Assembly: GCA_964016885.1 (NCBI GenBank)
Contig: OZ024748.1
Coordinates: 372,001-436,000 of the forward strand
Length of the DNA: 64,000 nucleotides
Reading direction: 5' to 3'
DNA from: Eledone cirrhosa
Lineage: Eukaryota
The translations under genes were made by a program, and so were the position numbers. Positions 1 to 14,629 of this stretch are shown piece after piece. A model generated the notes under the pieces. The model was given only the letters and a program-made list of their open reading frames with translations. It was not told where the DNA came from and made no database searches. Each line of letters begins with the position of its first letter. The first letter of the stretch is position 1.

Positions 1-3000
1 TAAAGAATGAAAAGAGTTTTAAAAAGGAAAAAAATAAGAGATTCTGTGTGTGTATGTATGTACATGTGTGTGTGTGTGTGTGTGTATGAGTGTGTATGTA
101 TGTGTGTGTGTGTATGTATATATGTATGTGTGTTTATGTACGTGTGTGTGTATGTACATACGTGCGTGCGCGTGTGTGTGTTTACCATCTTGTCTCCATC
201 AACTTCAGCTGTTCTAATAATAATATTAATAATATCAGTGCAATAATAGCAGCTGCTGAAAGATAACCACTAACTATATATTTATCTACATACACTCAAA
301 TGTACATACACACACACACACATACAGATAAACATATGCACACACACACATTTACTCTAGACGATTTTAAATGTGTGGCCTAAACACTAAAGGGTTATCT
401 AAAAATAAGAACATATACACCAAGTATGTGTGTGTGAGAGCGTGTGTCTGTGTGTGAGTGTGTGTGTGAGAGTGTATGTGTGAGTGTGTATGTGGGTGTG
501 TGTGAGTGCATGTGTGAGTGTGTCTAATTTGTTTTATCTTACAAACTTTTGTAAATTCTATTTTTACTTAGCTATGACAAGCACCATTCTCGATGGGAGA
601 GTCCATCATATATCATCATCATCATTTTTATGCCCACTTTCCCATGGTATGGATCAGACAGGTTGGATGGATTGAGACACTGTTTTACATCCAGATGCCC
701 TTCCTGAGGCCAACCCTTTTTGTCACCTCTTACCACACACATAAGGATACTGTGGACCTATTGTAAAAACTTAATAATTGTTTCTACTTACTGGTATTTT
801 ATTTTATCGACCCCGTAAGAATGAAAGGGATTTGAACTCAGAATGGCAAGGGCCAATGGTTCTTTATTAGCCACACAGGGTTCACATTAAGGAAACATTA
901 AAGACGGTACAGTGTGGGGTTTTTGTGTAAGATAGAATTTATAACAGAATAATGAGAGGGTTAGCCGTATTGCTAAAGAAATCCCTCCAAGCTTTCCAGT
1001 ATTCTAAAATTTAATTGACAATCATAAGCAGTGTCTTTCATTAAAAATATAATAATTGTTTCTACTTTAGGCACAAGGCCAGCAATTACCCAGTGCGTTA
1101 CTGGTACTTTATTTCATCGACCCCGTAAGGATGACAGGCAAAGTCAACCTCAGCGGGATTTGAACTCAGATCGTAAAGGGACGTAACTATGCTGGAAAGC
1201 ATGGCGTCCGACCCTCTACCAATAATAATGAAAGATTCCCGTAACTCCAGAGGGAGTTATAAGGGCACTGTATTGACATACATGTTAGAAATTAAACAGT
1301 GATGATGATATATATATAGCAAGCCACACCGTACACTGGAATAGTTCCTTTATTTTCCTCGGAAGAAGAGATATTAATCTTGAAATATCAGGACACATGA
1401 ATAAATTAAGATAAAAAAAACAACCCCTGTTTCTTATGACTTAATTATTTTCTGTGCAAGCCACATTGTCGTGGCTTACAAACTTCGAATTCTTTATATA
1501 TATATATATATATACACACACATAAATAAAATGAAAAATTAATTCAATCTGTTAAGCACCAAGTTGTCAAAAACCACCTCTGGTAAATTGTTCCAATTTA
1601 AATTCAAATTGTAGATTGTAATCTCAATATTACACAACAGAGAAGGGCAATGAATTGGCTGAATCATTAGAGCATCAGATAAAATGATTTGCAGTATTTA
1701 ATTATGACTTTTTACCCCAGGAGTACAAAAAAATAAGAGTTGTTAAAAGAGCTGATAAACTCCTCAGAGTCGATGGCCATCCACTCCAACTATGGGTTAA
1801 ATAGCTTCACCCACCCACAATTGGCCAGGTGTGTTAAATATGGATACACCCCTGAAGACATGACCAAAACCAGACAGAAAGCACTGGAGGTCAACCATGG
1901 AGGGGTTCATCCAACAGGAGTGAAAACGGATAGGAATGGATCTATGTGGTGAGTTCAAATCCAGCTGAGGTCAACTTTACCTTTCATCCTTACAGGGTTG
2001 ATAAAATGAAGTACCAGTTAAGTACTGGGGTTGATATAATTGGCTTCCCTTCACCCCCCAAATTACTTGCCTTTGTGCCAATCTTAGAAAGAAATATTAC
2101 ATGACAGTTAATATTAAATTTCAGTTATTGAATATCTATCAATTTAGATTTTTAGACTGAAATCTCTTTATTATATGAAAGGTAATATTAGATTTCACTA
2201 ATAAAATATTTGTCATTTCTAATTAGCTTGAAACTTAATTATTTCACAAACATCTCATTATTATAGATTATTTTCATAATTAAATTACAAAAGTATTATG
2301 TATTCTTCTTAGAAATATGGTCAGAAAACAGTCAAGTAGGAAGTTTATGGTAAGTTTCCCACTAGTCTGACATTTTTTAGACACAAGGCCAGCAATTTTA
2401 GAGGGGGGGGAGAGAAAGTCGACTAAATCGATCCCAGTGCATTACTGTTGCTTTATTTTATCGACTGTAAAGATGAAAGGCAAAGCTAACCTTGGCAAGA
2501 TTTGAACTCAGAACATAAAGAGCAATAACAATAAGTTGCAAAGCATGTTGACCAATGCTCTATTAATTAATAGTTGTTTCTACTTTGGGCACAAGGCCAG
2601 CAATTATTCCAGTGCATTACTGGTACTTTATTTTATCGACCGCATAAGGATGAAAGGCAAAGTTAACCTCAGCGGGATTTGAACTCAGAATGGCAAGGGC
2701 CATAACTCTATGCTGCAAAGCGTGGCGTCCAACCCTCTACCGATACTGCCAATCCAAAGACCATGGCAACAAGGGCCCAAAACATTGGGGACAACACACA
2801 ACACAAAACGGATGTTTACATGAAGAGAAGAGAATTCAACTAACATAATAGATATAACACTAAAATCTAAACAAGAAAGGTTCCCCATCAGTAGAGAACA
2901 CCATCTAGTGTAATTGAAGGGGTTACCGGGATCCACTGACATTGAAAGTACCCTGGGTATAGTAGTCCCACTCAACCTTGTCAAATTTGCTCACGTCATC

Positions 3001-4255
3001 CAACTAACAATGATTCTTACATAAAATACTTAAAACAGTATGAAATAAACAAACAAACAACTTGTTATCATAGAAGCAGTGTTTGATAAAATGAGGTACC
3101 AGTAATGCACTGGTTCGATTTAATCAACTCCCCCCCCCTTTCAAACTGTTGGCCACGTGCCTAAAGTACAAACAATTATTATTATTTGTATATTTATTTA
3201 TTTGCCTGTAACAATTTGTAAAAACAAAAAGAGGAAATTGCTTCTCTGCATAATAAGCCAAATGGGTCAACACAGGTTTTGTGACCCCCCCCCCCCACAC
3301 ACATATATATATACATATATATATTTATAACATATGTATACACAAAGACACATATATATACATATATATATTTATAACATATGTATACACACAGACACAT
3401 TTGACCTAGAGTTTGACATTTGAAGGCATTTCAACATAGAGAGCTGAACAGAATAAAAAACAAAGACAGCAACAACGGAGATAATGATAATGATGATGGT
3501 GATGATGACAGGTGTAATGACAATGACAGCAATGATGATACTACTGATAACAACAACAACAACTATGTTACTGTTGATGATGGTGATAATGATAATGGTG
3601 ATAATTATGATGATAATGATGGATGATATATTTTACTAGAAATACCAACTGTGTAGAGTTAGAACAGAGAAGAATGTTAGTGTTAGCTTGGTAACCTATA
3701 AATTTGTATTTAACATATGTAGTGGTGGACTGTTGTTGCTGTTGTTGTTTAGCCCCAAGTCCACATTGATCAAGCTAGCCGATGATCAAAAGCGTTCCAG
3801 CTGTGACTATTCCATTATGATGAATATGATGATGATGGTTGCAACAAACTATCTGCTTAAAGAAAATAGAGCAACACAATAGACAATGTAGTCTTTCATA
3901 CATAGACACACACAGACACACATACACACACACACACATACATATATGCAAAAATTCAACAAGGAAAAAAATAACACAAGAAAATAATTGTTTCTACGTT
4001 AGGCACAAGGCCAGCAATTACCCAGTGCATTACTGGTACTTTATTTTATCGACCCCGTAAGGATGAAAGGCAAAGTTAACCTTGGCGGGATTTGAACTCA
4101 GAATGGCAAGGGCCATAACTCTATACATCAAAGCATGGCGTCCGACCCTCTACCGATACTGCCAATTCACCGCCCTAACACAAGAAAATAATGGTTTCTT
4201 ATATAGGCACAAGGCCTGCAATTTTGTTGCTCGTTTGTTCAACACTGACAAAGGA

Positions 4256-4298
4256 ACGCTGTACTAGTTTCAAGCTTATTAGCTATCGTCAGCAACGT
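4256..4298 (-). ncRNA. Minimal hammerhead ribozyme motif (inverted copy of 5276-5318)
   Basis: Reverse complement is identical to the 5276-5318 motif. Confidence 0.7.
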
Positions 4299-5275
4299 AT
4301 ACCTTCCTGCCAGATGATTGAACGTCCGAAAGTATATACTTTCCTTATGCATATTAACGGTTGAGTAGCCCAATTTGCATATCGAGTGGGTTAATCTTCC
4401 GTTTATCGTTTTCAGTGCACCCGGCTGATTAACCTATAACGGCGGTGAAGATTCGAAACCGAATCTGAGCTTTCCCGCCTCTGGGACAAGCCATGGTAAC
4501 TTGTTAACACTCAAGAGGCTAACCCCTTGGGAGAAGCTAAACACAGGTCAGAGGTGTTTACGCCTGACAGAAAATAGGTCAGAGGATATATACATCTTTC
4601 TGACTTGTTTACGCTTGGCAAACTAATCCCTTGGGAGACTAACCAAAGTTCAGAGGATATATCTATCCTTCTAACTTCAACTCTTATAAATACAGGGATT
4701 GTTTATGCCTCGACAGAAAAGAAGTGATATACAGACAAGACAAGTAGCATTTACAAGCTCTCGTCATGAAAAACCAGTCTGCCACTTATTCTCACCTTCC
4801 TGGCTGATCGCTGACACCTGCAATACAAATAAGTAAATATACTGATACGCCGCACACACGCATTCATAGTGAGTCCAGCATTTGTACACGCACCATTCAT
4901 TTCTGTTTACACATATTGTACCTTTCTGATACAGTACAAATTATATTATAATCGTATTCTGTGATACTTGAATTTACATGGCTCGAAGAGCCACCAAATT
5001 ATTGTATGAATATTTTGTGTTATTGATTTTATCATTCAATATTCAAATTGAATATTGATATAATAAAATAAACTTTGTAACAACACAAACCTGGTATTTT
5101 TCTTTACATCGAAACCACCATACCAACAGTTACATCCATCCATCCACTTATCGTTACAACCACACATAATATTCCGTTACAAACCCACTCGATATGCAAA
5201 TTGGGCTACTCAGCCGTTAATATGCATAAGGAAAGTATATACTTTCGGACGTTCAATCATCTGGCAGGAAGGTAT

Positions 5276-5318
5276 ACGTTGCTGACGATAGCTAATAAGC
5301 TTGAAACTAGTACAGCGT
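5276..5318 (+). ncRNA. Minimal type-I hammerhead ribozyme motif
   Basis: acgttg CTGACGA t-agct-aata-agct-t GAAA CTAG TA cagcgt: 6-bp stem I (one G-U), palindromic stem III, GUA cleavage triplet. Confidence 0.72.
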
Positions 5319-5528
5319 TCCTTTGTCAGTGTTGAACAAATGAGCAACGGTGGTTGCTGAACACTACGGCTTAATACGTGATGTTTGTTTACAAACACAC
5401 CGAGCATTATAATAAATGTTCGGTGAATCTATACGTACATATATATATGTGTGTATGTATATATATATATACATACTACTGTATGTCTGTATACATATAT
5501 GTATGTACGTATACATATATATATATAT

Positions 5529-5710
5529 AACGAAGGAAATGTGGTAAGGAACCAGGTGGACCATAACGCACCAAAGTACTCAATACTTAGGGTAGTAGAG
5601 TGGGTAATAGGAACGAGTAAGACCCCGACGGCTGAGCACAAGCCATTTCGACGGCTAATTAGCCGTCGAAATGGCTTGAGCTCAGCCGTCGGGGTCCTAC
5701 TCGTTCCTAT
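5529..5710 (+). mobile_element. ~180-bp unclassified element ending in a ~50-bp-stem hairpin, inside (TA)n
   Basis: 5607-5710 is a near-perfect palindrome; homologous copies at 28575-28776 (+) and 38509-38702 (-). Confidence 0.7.
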
Positions 5711-5900
5711 ATGTATATATATATATATATATATACACACACATGTATATATATATATATATATACACACATGTATATATATATATATACACACATGTAT
5801 ATATATATATATATATATATACACACGTATATATGTATACATATATATATATACACACATGTATATATGTATACATATATATATATATACACACATGTAT

Positions 5901-7615
5901 ATCATCATCATCATCATCAACGTTTAACGTCCGTGTTCCACGCTTGCATGGGTTTGGACGGGGGTAGTCCCACTTGAGGCAAGAGTGATTGTCTTGCTCG
6001 CATAGGACTGTCTGGCAGGTTTTCTACAGTTGGATGCCCTTCCTAACACCAACCACATTTACAGTGTGGGTCTGGGAGGTTTTAACCGTGTTGCCTACAC
6101 GGCCACATTACAGCGTGGACTGTGTGTTTTTTTGTCGTGACACCTACACGATCTCATTTGTTTCGGCCTGGATGGCGCGGCACCAACATAACTTTACATA
6201 GAACGGGGTGGTGTGGATGGGGTGGGGGTGGTGGCGGGACGGGGTGTAGTTTGTTAGAGATGCCTACTGGCAAGGCGGGTCTTCTCTGTTACTGAGTACC
6301 GCCAAAGGTCACGGTCCAGTGACATTGTCTTGGAGAGGTGTAAGTGTGTGAGGTCGGAGTTTATCAGCTCATCCCATGTTTTTCTAGGTCTGCCTATTCC
6401 GTGGCTACCGTCTATCTTTATTGCCCTGCACTTTGTAATACAGCTATCGACTTTCATGCGCATCACGTGTCCATACCAACGCAGCCTTCTCTCGAGTAAA
6501 CAACATCTGATCCCTCTTATCTCTAATTTTTTCCTTAGTTCGTTTATGCTTTGCCGTTCACGTATATTACTGTTACACATCCAGCGGAGCATGCAAGCTT
6601 CGTTCCTCTCTAGTCTGCGTATATCCTCTGCACACAATGCCCAGGTCTCACTACCATGCAACATTGCTGTTTGTATGCAGGCATCGTACAACCTGCCTTT
6701 CATTTTTAGGGAGAACCCTTTAGCAGCTAATAGTGGTATAAGCTCTCTGAACTTTTTCCAACCAGTTCTGACTCTAGCTACAGTACTTTCAGAGCACCCT
6801 CCCCCACTGCTGATTTTATCGCCCAGGTAACGGAAGCTGTCCACTATTTCTATAGAACCCTCTGCGCAATTGAAAGAGCTAGTATTTTGTGGGCACTTGC
6901 TGCTACTTATTGCACCAGAACACCGGCCACATGTAAAGTCTATGTTCTTAGTTAGCTTACCTGTGATCCCACTACATCTTTTATGCACCCATACTTTGCA
7001 TTTAGGACATAAGATAGAGTTTCTACCTACGCCTTTCCTACATACCGAGCACGACCATTTCCCAGAAGGGACCGCCGCCTTGTTTTCTTTCCTACAAACT
7101 AGAACTTTGGTCTTAGCCAGGTTAATTTTAAGTCCTTTTGACTCTAGGCCGTGCTTCCATGTTTGGAATTTCTTCTCTAGCTCGGCCATTGATTCCGCTA
7201 TGAGTGTCAGGTCGTCTGCGTATAGGAGTTCCCATGGGCAGCCTGTCTTGAACTCCTCTGTTATAGCCTGAAGGGCAATAATAAATAGTAGGGGGCTGAG
7301 AACAGAGCCCTGATGGACGCCAACTTTTACGCTAAACTCTTCACTATATTCGTTGTTAATTCTAACCTTGCTGACTGTTTCTTTATACATGGCTTGTATA
7401 GCCCTCACAAGCCATTCGTCAACGCCTAGTTTTCTAAGAGCCCACCAGATAATGGAGCGGGGGACTCTGTCGAAGGCTTTCTCCAGGTCGACAAAAGCTA
7501 AGTAGAGGGGTTTACCTTTATCTAGGTACTTCTCCTGTAGTTGTCGTACTATGAAAAGAGCGTCTGTGGTGCTTTTGCCTGACACAAACCCGAACTGCAT
7601 TTCATCTAGATCAAT
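5901..7615 (-). mobile_element. RTE-clade LINE, 5'-truncated; RT ORF remnant at 6254-7615 with a PHD-like insert
   Basis: [41 protein letters not shown] and GRPRKTW motifs; 3' (GAT)n tail; flanked by (TA)n. Confidence 0.93.
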
Positions 7616-7616
7616 T

Positions 7617-8802
<1,186 letters not shown>

Positions 8803-8949
8803 AGATTTTGGGTTTATGTTGGTTGTATACCAACACCTTAGTATGCAGGCTGGAGCACTCGACAAAGTGCGCAGGTTGGTTTGGTTACTCCGGAGTAGTG
8901 TAAAATAAAGTTAAATAAGTCAAATGATTAAAATTTAGCTTCGTTTATT

Positions 8950-9004
8950 ACTGCTATATATATTTCAGTGACAGCCATCTTTGGATGTGACCTCTTCAGG
9001 CAGT
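8950..9004 (-). ncRNA. Minimal hammerhead ribozyme motif (inverted copy of 9340-9394)
   Basis: Reverse complement of 9340-9394 with one substitution in stem II. Confidence 0.7.
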
Positions 9005-9339
9005 TTGAATTAGTATGGTATAGACAAGTACATATGTTGTTGAGGTGTATAATATTGTCAATACTCTGATATGCCCAGTTCCTTGTTAGGTTGTTATTTC
9101 ACTGAGGAACTGGAGTCATAGGACTCCAGTTTGAATTAGTATGGTATAGACAAGTACATATGTTGTTGAGGTGTATAATATTGTCAATACTCTGATATGC
9201 CCAGTTCCTTGTTGGGTTGTTATTTCACTGAGGAACTGGAGTCATAATAACAACCCAACAAGGAACTGGGCATATCAGAGTATTGACAATATTATACACC
9301 TCAACAACATATGTACTTGTCTATACCATACTAATTCAA

Positions 9340-9394
9340 ACTGCCTGAAGAGGTCACAGCCAAAGATGGCTGTCACTGAAATATATATAGCAGT
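9340..9394 (+). ncRNA. Minimal type-I hammerhead ribozyme motif
   Basis: actgc CTGAAGA g-gtcacagcca-aaga-tggctgtcac-t GAAA TATATA TA gcagt: 5-bp stem I, ~10-bp stem II, palindromic stem III. Confidence 0.75.
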
Positions 9395-9453
9395 AATAAA
9401 CGAAGCTAAATTTTAATCATTTGACTTTTATTTAACTTTATTTTATATATACA

Positions 9454-9529
<76 letters not shown>

Positions 9530-9532
9530 ATT

Positions 9533-9610
<78 letters not shown>

Positions 9611-9747
9611 TATATATATATATATATGTATACATATATACAGTATATATATATATACTGTATATATATATATATATATATACTGGTGCGTGTGTTTCTT
9701 ATTGGCAACATGACCCTCCCAAAGTATAACAACATATATATATATAT

Positions 9748-11204
9748 ATCATCATCATCATCAACGTTTAACGTCCGTGTTCCACGCTTGCATGGGTTTG
9801 GACGGGGGTTTTCCCACTTGAGGCAAGAGTGATTGTCTTGCTCGCATAGGACTATCTGGCGGGTTTTCTACAGCTGGATGCCCTTCCTAACACCAACCAC
9901 ATTTACAGTGTGGGGCTGGGAGGTTTTTACCGTGTTGCCTACACGGCCACATTACAGTGTGGACTGTGTGTTTTTTGTCGTGACACCTACACAATCTCAT
10001 TTGTTTCGGCCTGGATGTTGTGGCACCAACATAACTTTACATTGAAAGGGGCGGTGTGGATGGGGTGTGGGTGGTGGGACGGGGTGTATTTTGTTAGAGA
10101 TGCCTACTGACTGTAGTAGGTTTTACTTTGTATTTAGGTAAGGCGGGTCTTCTCTATTACTGAGTACCGCCAAAGGTCTCGGTCCAGTGACATTGTCTTG
10201 GAGAGGTGTGTGTGAGGTCGGAATTTATCAGCTCGTCCCAGGTTTTTCTGGGTCTGCCTACTCCGTAGCTACCGTCTATCTTTATTGCCCTGCACTTTGT
10301 TATACAGCTGTCGTCTTTCATGCGCATCACGTGACCATACCAACGTAGCCTTCTCTCGAGTAAACAACATCTGATCCCTCTTATTTCTAATTTTTTCTTT
10401 AGTTCGCTTATGCTTTGCCGTTCACGTATGTTACTATTACACATCCAGCGGAGCATGCAAGCTTTGTTCCTCTCTAGTCTGCGTATATCGTCTGCACACA
10501 ATGCCCAGGTCTCACTGCCATGCAACATTGCTGTTCGTATGCAGGCATCATACAACCTGCCTTTCATTTTTAGGGAGAACCCTTTAGTGGCTAATAGTGG
10601 TATAAGCTCTCTGAACTTTTTCCATCCAGTTCTGACTCTAGCTACTGTACTTTCAGAGCACCCTCCCCCACTGCTGATTTTGTCACCCAGGTAACGGAAG
10701 CTGTCCACTATTTCTATAGAACCCTCTGCGCAATTGAAAGAGCTAGTATTTTGTGGGCACTTGCTGCTACTTATTGCACTAGAGCACCGGCCACATGTAA
10801 AATATATGTTCTTAGTTAGCTTACCTGTGATCCCACTACATCTTTTATGCATCCATACTTTGCATTTGGGACATAAAATGGAGTTTCTACCTACACCTTT
10901 CCTACACACTGAGCATGGCCATTTCCCGGATGGGACCGTCGCCTTATTTTCTTTCCTACAAACTAGAACTTTAGTCTTAGCCAGGTTAATTTTAAGGCCT
11001 TTTGATTCTAGGCCGTGCTTCCATGTTTGGAATTTCTTCTCTAGCTCGGCCATTGATTCAGCTATGAGCGTTAGATCATCTGCGTATAGGAGTTCCCATG
11101 GGCAGCCGGTCTTGAACTCCACTGTTATAGCCTGAAGGGCAATAATAAATAGTATGGGGCTAAGAACAGAGCCCTGATGAACACCAACTTTTACACTAAA
11201 CTCT

Positions 11205-11210
<6 letters not shown>
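9748..11210 (-). mobile_element. RTE-clade LINE, second 5'-truncated copy of the same family
   Basis: ORF 10157-11122 is nearly identical to the 6254-7615 ORF, with a frameshift near the C-terminus; same 3' UTR and (GAT)n tail. Confidence 0.93.
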
Positions 11211-11244
<34 letters not shown>

Positions 11245-12033
11245 ATATATATTGTATATATAATATATAAGATCAAAAGATGGTTAAAAGAGTTCCGTGT
11301 ATTTTATTATGCGCATTTCAAAAACAAATATCATCATGTAATAAGATTTGTATTTTCATCAAATAAAATAGGAAGATATGATATGAAGGTTAAAAAACAC
11401 TTGTGGATAGTGCAGTTTTAAATCAACATATGTATATATATATACATCAATGTATTCATACATATACATACATCAACACCTCCATGCATATCTAACAACT
11501 ACATTGACCTGCTAGAAATAGTGGAGAATTTTCTCTCAAATCTCACTCCACCGTTTCAAGAAGGGACAGACATTAAATGATATAATCCTAGATGTGATGG
11601 TCATGTTAGGAATGCCTCTGACCATAAGTCTTCGTGGGTGAGGGCTGGCTGATTTGTGGATTAAACAAGAACATCAATAATATAAACACGTGACAATAAA
11701 AGATTCTCTATGTCGTCGTTTGACCTGCTAGAAATGGCAGTCAAATATCCCTCGAAACACACATCGACCCTCGTGAATAAAGGAAAATGAGATAACGGAG
11801 TCCTACACACGTCTAAGAAAAGGGGAACATCGGCCTACACAACGCATGCAAAGATACACCAATAAGCATACACAGAATCTTCTATTACTGGTTTGAGTCA
11901 TTAGACTGAGGTCATGCTGGGGTACCGTCCAAAACTACATATTTTTCAAGTTTGGTACGTATTTTATCGACCACTTTGTTGAACCCTAGTTTACTGGACA
12001 TAAACATACATACATATATATACACACACTCAC

Positions 12034-12092
<59 letters not shown>

Positions 12093-12105
12093 ATATAATA
12101 TACAT

Positions 12106-12202
12106 ACAGGGTGTCCCCAAAAATGTATGCACTCGATTACCTGTACAGGCAATATTTATTAGAATGCTGTCAAAGTGATACATATTTTTGGGGAACACCA
12201 TG
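12106..12202. mobile_element. Tc1/mariner-type MITE (CAGGGTGTCCC termini); further copies at ~12382-12478, ~33576-33651, ~55063-55140 and ~55184-55260
   Basis: TA-CAGGGTGTCCCCAAAAATGTAT...ATATTTTTGGGGAACACCATG-TA inverted termini with TA flanks. Confidence 0.7.
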
Positions 12203-12665
12203 TATATACTGACAAAGCACTGGTGTTCCCCGACCGAGAGTAGAAGACACTTGCTCGGTGCCATGCAATTACTTACATTTTTGTCTGTAGTAGTCGACTA
12301 TTATTATAGTCAATTACGTCTGGACGAACACATGTCAAATATATATGCATGTGCGTGTATATATATATATATATATATATATAGGGTGTCCCAAAAAATG
12401 TATACACACTTCAATAGCATTCTAATAAATATTGCCTATACAGGTAATCAAGGTGTGTATACATTTTTGGGGACACTGATTGTTGATGTGTGTGTATGTA
12501 TCACAGTGACTTAGAGAGAGAAAGAAAGTGAGAGAGGGGACGGATAGATAGATAAATAGACAGACAGATAGATAGATAGATATATTTCTTTAATAAAGAT
12601 AGAATGATAGACAGATGGCTAGATAGACAGATAGATAGATAGATGGATAGATAGATAGTACCTAC

Positions 12666-12908
12666 CCGGCTTAGATCGGCTTCTATTTCGGCAGCCCTTA
12701 TCACAATTGGTCCTCGAACCGCGTATTCCATTTCTTTGACATGAGGGTTCATACTGGCCACCGAAAGTACCTTGGTACGTCGATGCTGGTGTTGCAAGCT
12801 CCATTTCTGGACTGGCTCTACACGAACTGAGGTCAAATAAAGTCCACCACCACCGCAGCCGTGTTGGCGAGTTAAAACCCCCACCGCTCTCTGTCTTATA
12901 CAGTGCAT
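12666..12908 (-). CDS. GPT2: Alanine aminotransferase (GPT2-like, mitochondrial type), first coding exon; remaining exons lie beyond the window start
   Basis: Translates MHCIRQR...KVLSVASMNPHVKEMEYAVRGPIVIRAAEIEADLSR, with the ALT N-terminal signature (MNPxVKxxEYAVRGP) after an Arg-rich leader. Ends at a phase-0 GT donor (CGG|GTAGGT). Confidence 0.88.
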
Positions 12909-13575
12909 TGTTTAAACGATTTGAGGGGTCAACGACCTGGTTGTTGCAGTTTTGAGTTGGTGTTTGTATTTATGAGTAAGTGGTCCGTTTTGTTCTTCTT
13001 GGCGAGTTAGGTATTCAGCGAATCCTAGCTGGGCTTTGAATGTTTTATAATATACTGTTATTATAAAAGTAGAAACAATTAGATAAGCGCCGACTTGCTT
13101 TGAAAGAAAGGAAGAAAACGAGACGGATAAATAAAGTGATTTGTCTCAATTAACGAGTAAACCACCACAACACAGTAATTGTTAGTAGTATTACTAGTAA
13201 CTACTACAAGTAGAAGTAGTAGTAATAGTAACACTATCGTAGATGTTTGTAAATAGCAGTTTAAATGAAGAGGTGGAGATTTCCAACGAGGTGGTGTTGA
13301 TATTAAACATTGAGGTTCCGCCTGACTGACGTTTTTTTTTTCTAACAGAGATAGAGATAAATTGAGAGAGAGAGAGTGGGAGTATGTATGAGAGGGTGAT
13401 AAGAAACTTGTGATTATTATCCTTCAGTCACTTGCTTTTGGTGCAGTTATTTCCCCTTGGATCGACAACAATCTGCTTGACACATGTACATAGATAATAT
13501 GGAAATGCACACACCCACTCTCATATACAGATGCATACACGTTTACATCTTTGCGTATAATGTGTATATATATAC

Positions 13576-13659
<84 letters not shown>

Positions 13660-13664
13660 TTATA

Positions 13665-13897
13665 TTATTCAGAATATTAAAATATTAATAAATGAAGAGA
13701 AGACATTCACATAATCAAAATATGCCAATACTGGAATTGAACCATCAAGACCGTTGAGGTATGTCATACATCAATTCATGTATTTTATCTGACGAGGGCG
13801 TACTGAAAAAACAGCACAGTACCTTCGAAATATATATAATAAAACATATTTTAATTATGTGAATGTCTTCATTTATTAATATTCTGAATAATATTAA
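13665..13897. mobile_element. Short fold-back unit with a hammerhead motif between the arms
   Basis: Arms at about 13665-13724 and 13845-13897 are inverted; the unit sits next to (TA)n. Confidence 0.65.
13783..13844 (+). ncRNA. Minimal type-I hammerhead ribozyme motif
   Basis: ttttat CTGACGA gg..gtactg..cagtac..ttc GAAA TATATA TA ataaaa. Confidence 0.7.
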
Positions 13898-14024
13898 TAA
13901 CTCCAGAAAATTTTTCTATAAGAGTGCTTTTAATCTATTGTAAAACTATATATATATATACTTCTCGAAGGTTGTTTTTCGTTATTTCGTGGGCCGAAAT
14001 GCGAATCTCGATAATTTATGTTTT

Positions 14025-14424
<400 letters not shown>

Positions 14425-14562
14425 AAGGTTAAACAAGGTTCGATGAATAAATCAAAGAATGAGTTTTACAATAGATTGGAAGCACTCAACAGCATTAGTT
14501 TTCCGGAGTTATTAATATTAATTCAAAATATTAACAAAAATAGACATTCGTGTGATCAAGTA

Positions 14563-14629
14563 TATTTTATTATACATATTTCAGAAGTACTGAGCTATCT
14601 TCAACAGTACATCCTCATCAGATAAAATA
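14563..14629 (-). ncRNA. Minimal type-I hammerhead ribozyme motif (same family as 13783)
   Basis: Reverse complement reads tattttat CTGATGA ggatgtactg..cagtacttct GAAA TATGTA TA ataaaata; 8-bp stem I. Confidence 0.7.

Larger units (their letters stand above)
4226..5348. mobile_element. Fold-back element with ~167-bp inverted arms, each carrying a hammerhead motif (probable non-autonomous PLE derivative)
   Basis: 4226-4392 is the near-perfect reverse complement of 5182-5348; no ORF between the arms. Confidence 0.7.
8901..9445. mobile_element. Fold-back hammerhead-containing element with an internal ~125-bp direct duplication, between (TA)n tracts
   Basis: 8901-9098 is inverted relative to about 9248-9445; 9001-9120 is repeated directly at 9128-9248. 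Confidence 0.72.

Noticed and set aside
186-255. Possible minus-strand ALT exon (TTTCAG acceptor ... ATG|GTAAAC donor)
   Set aside because: Length of 67 or 70 nt breaks frame, and it does not encode the expected next ALT segment (G.KKPF...ANIGD).
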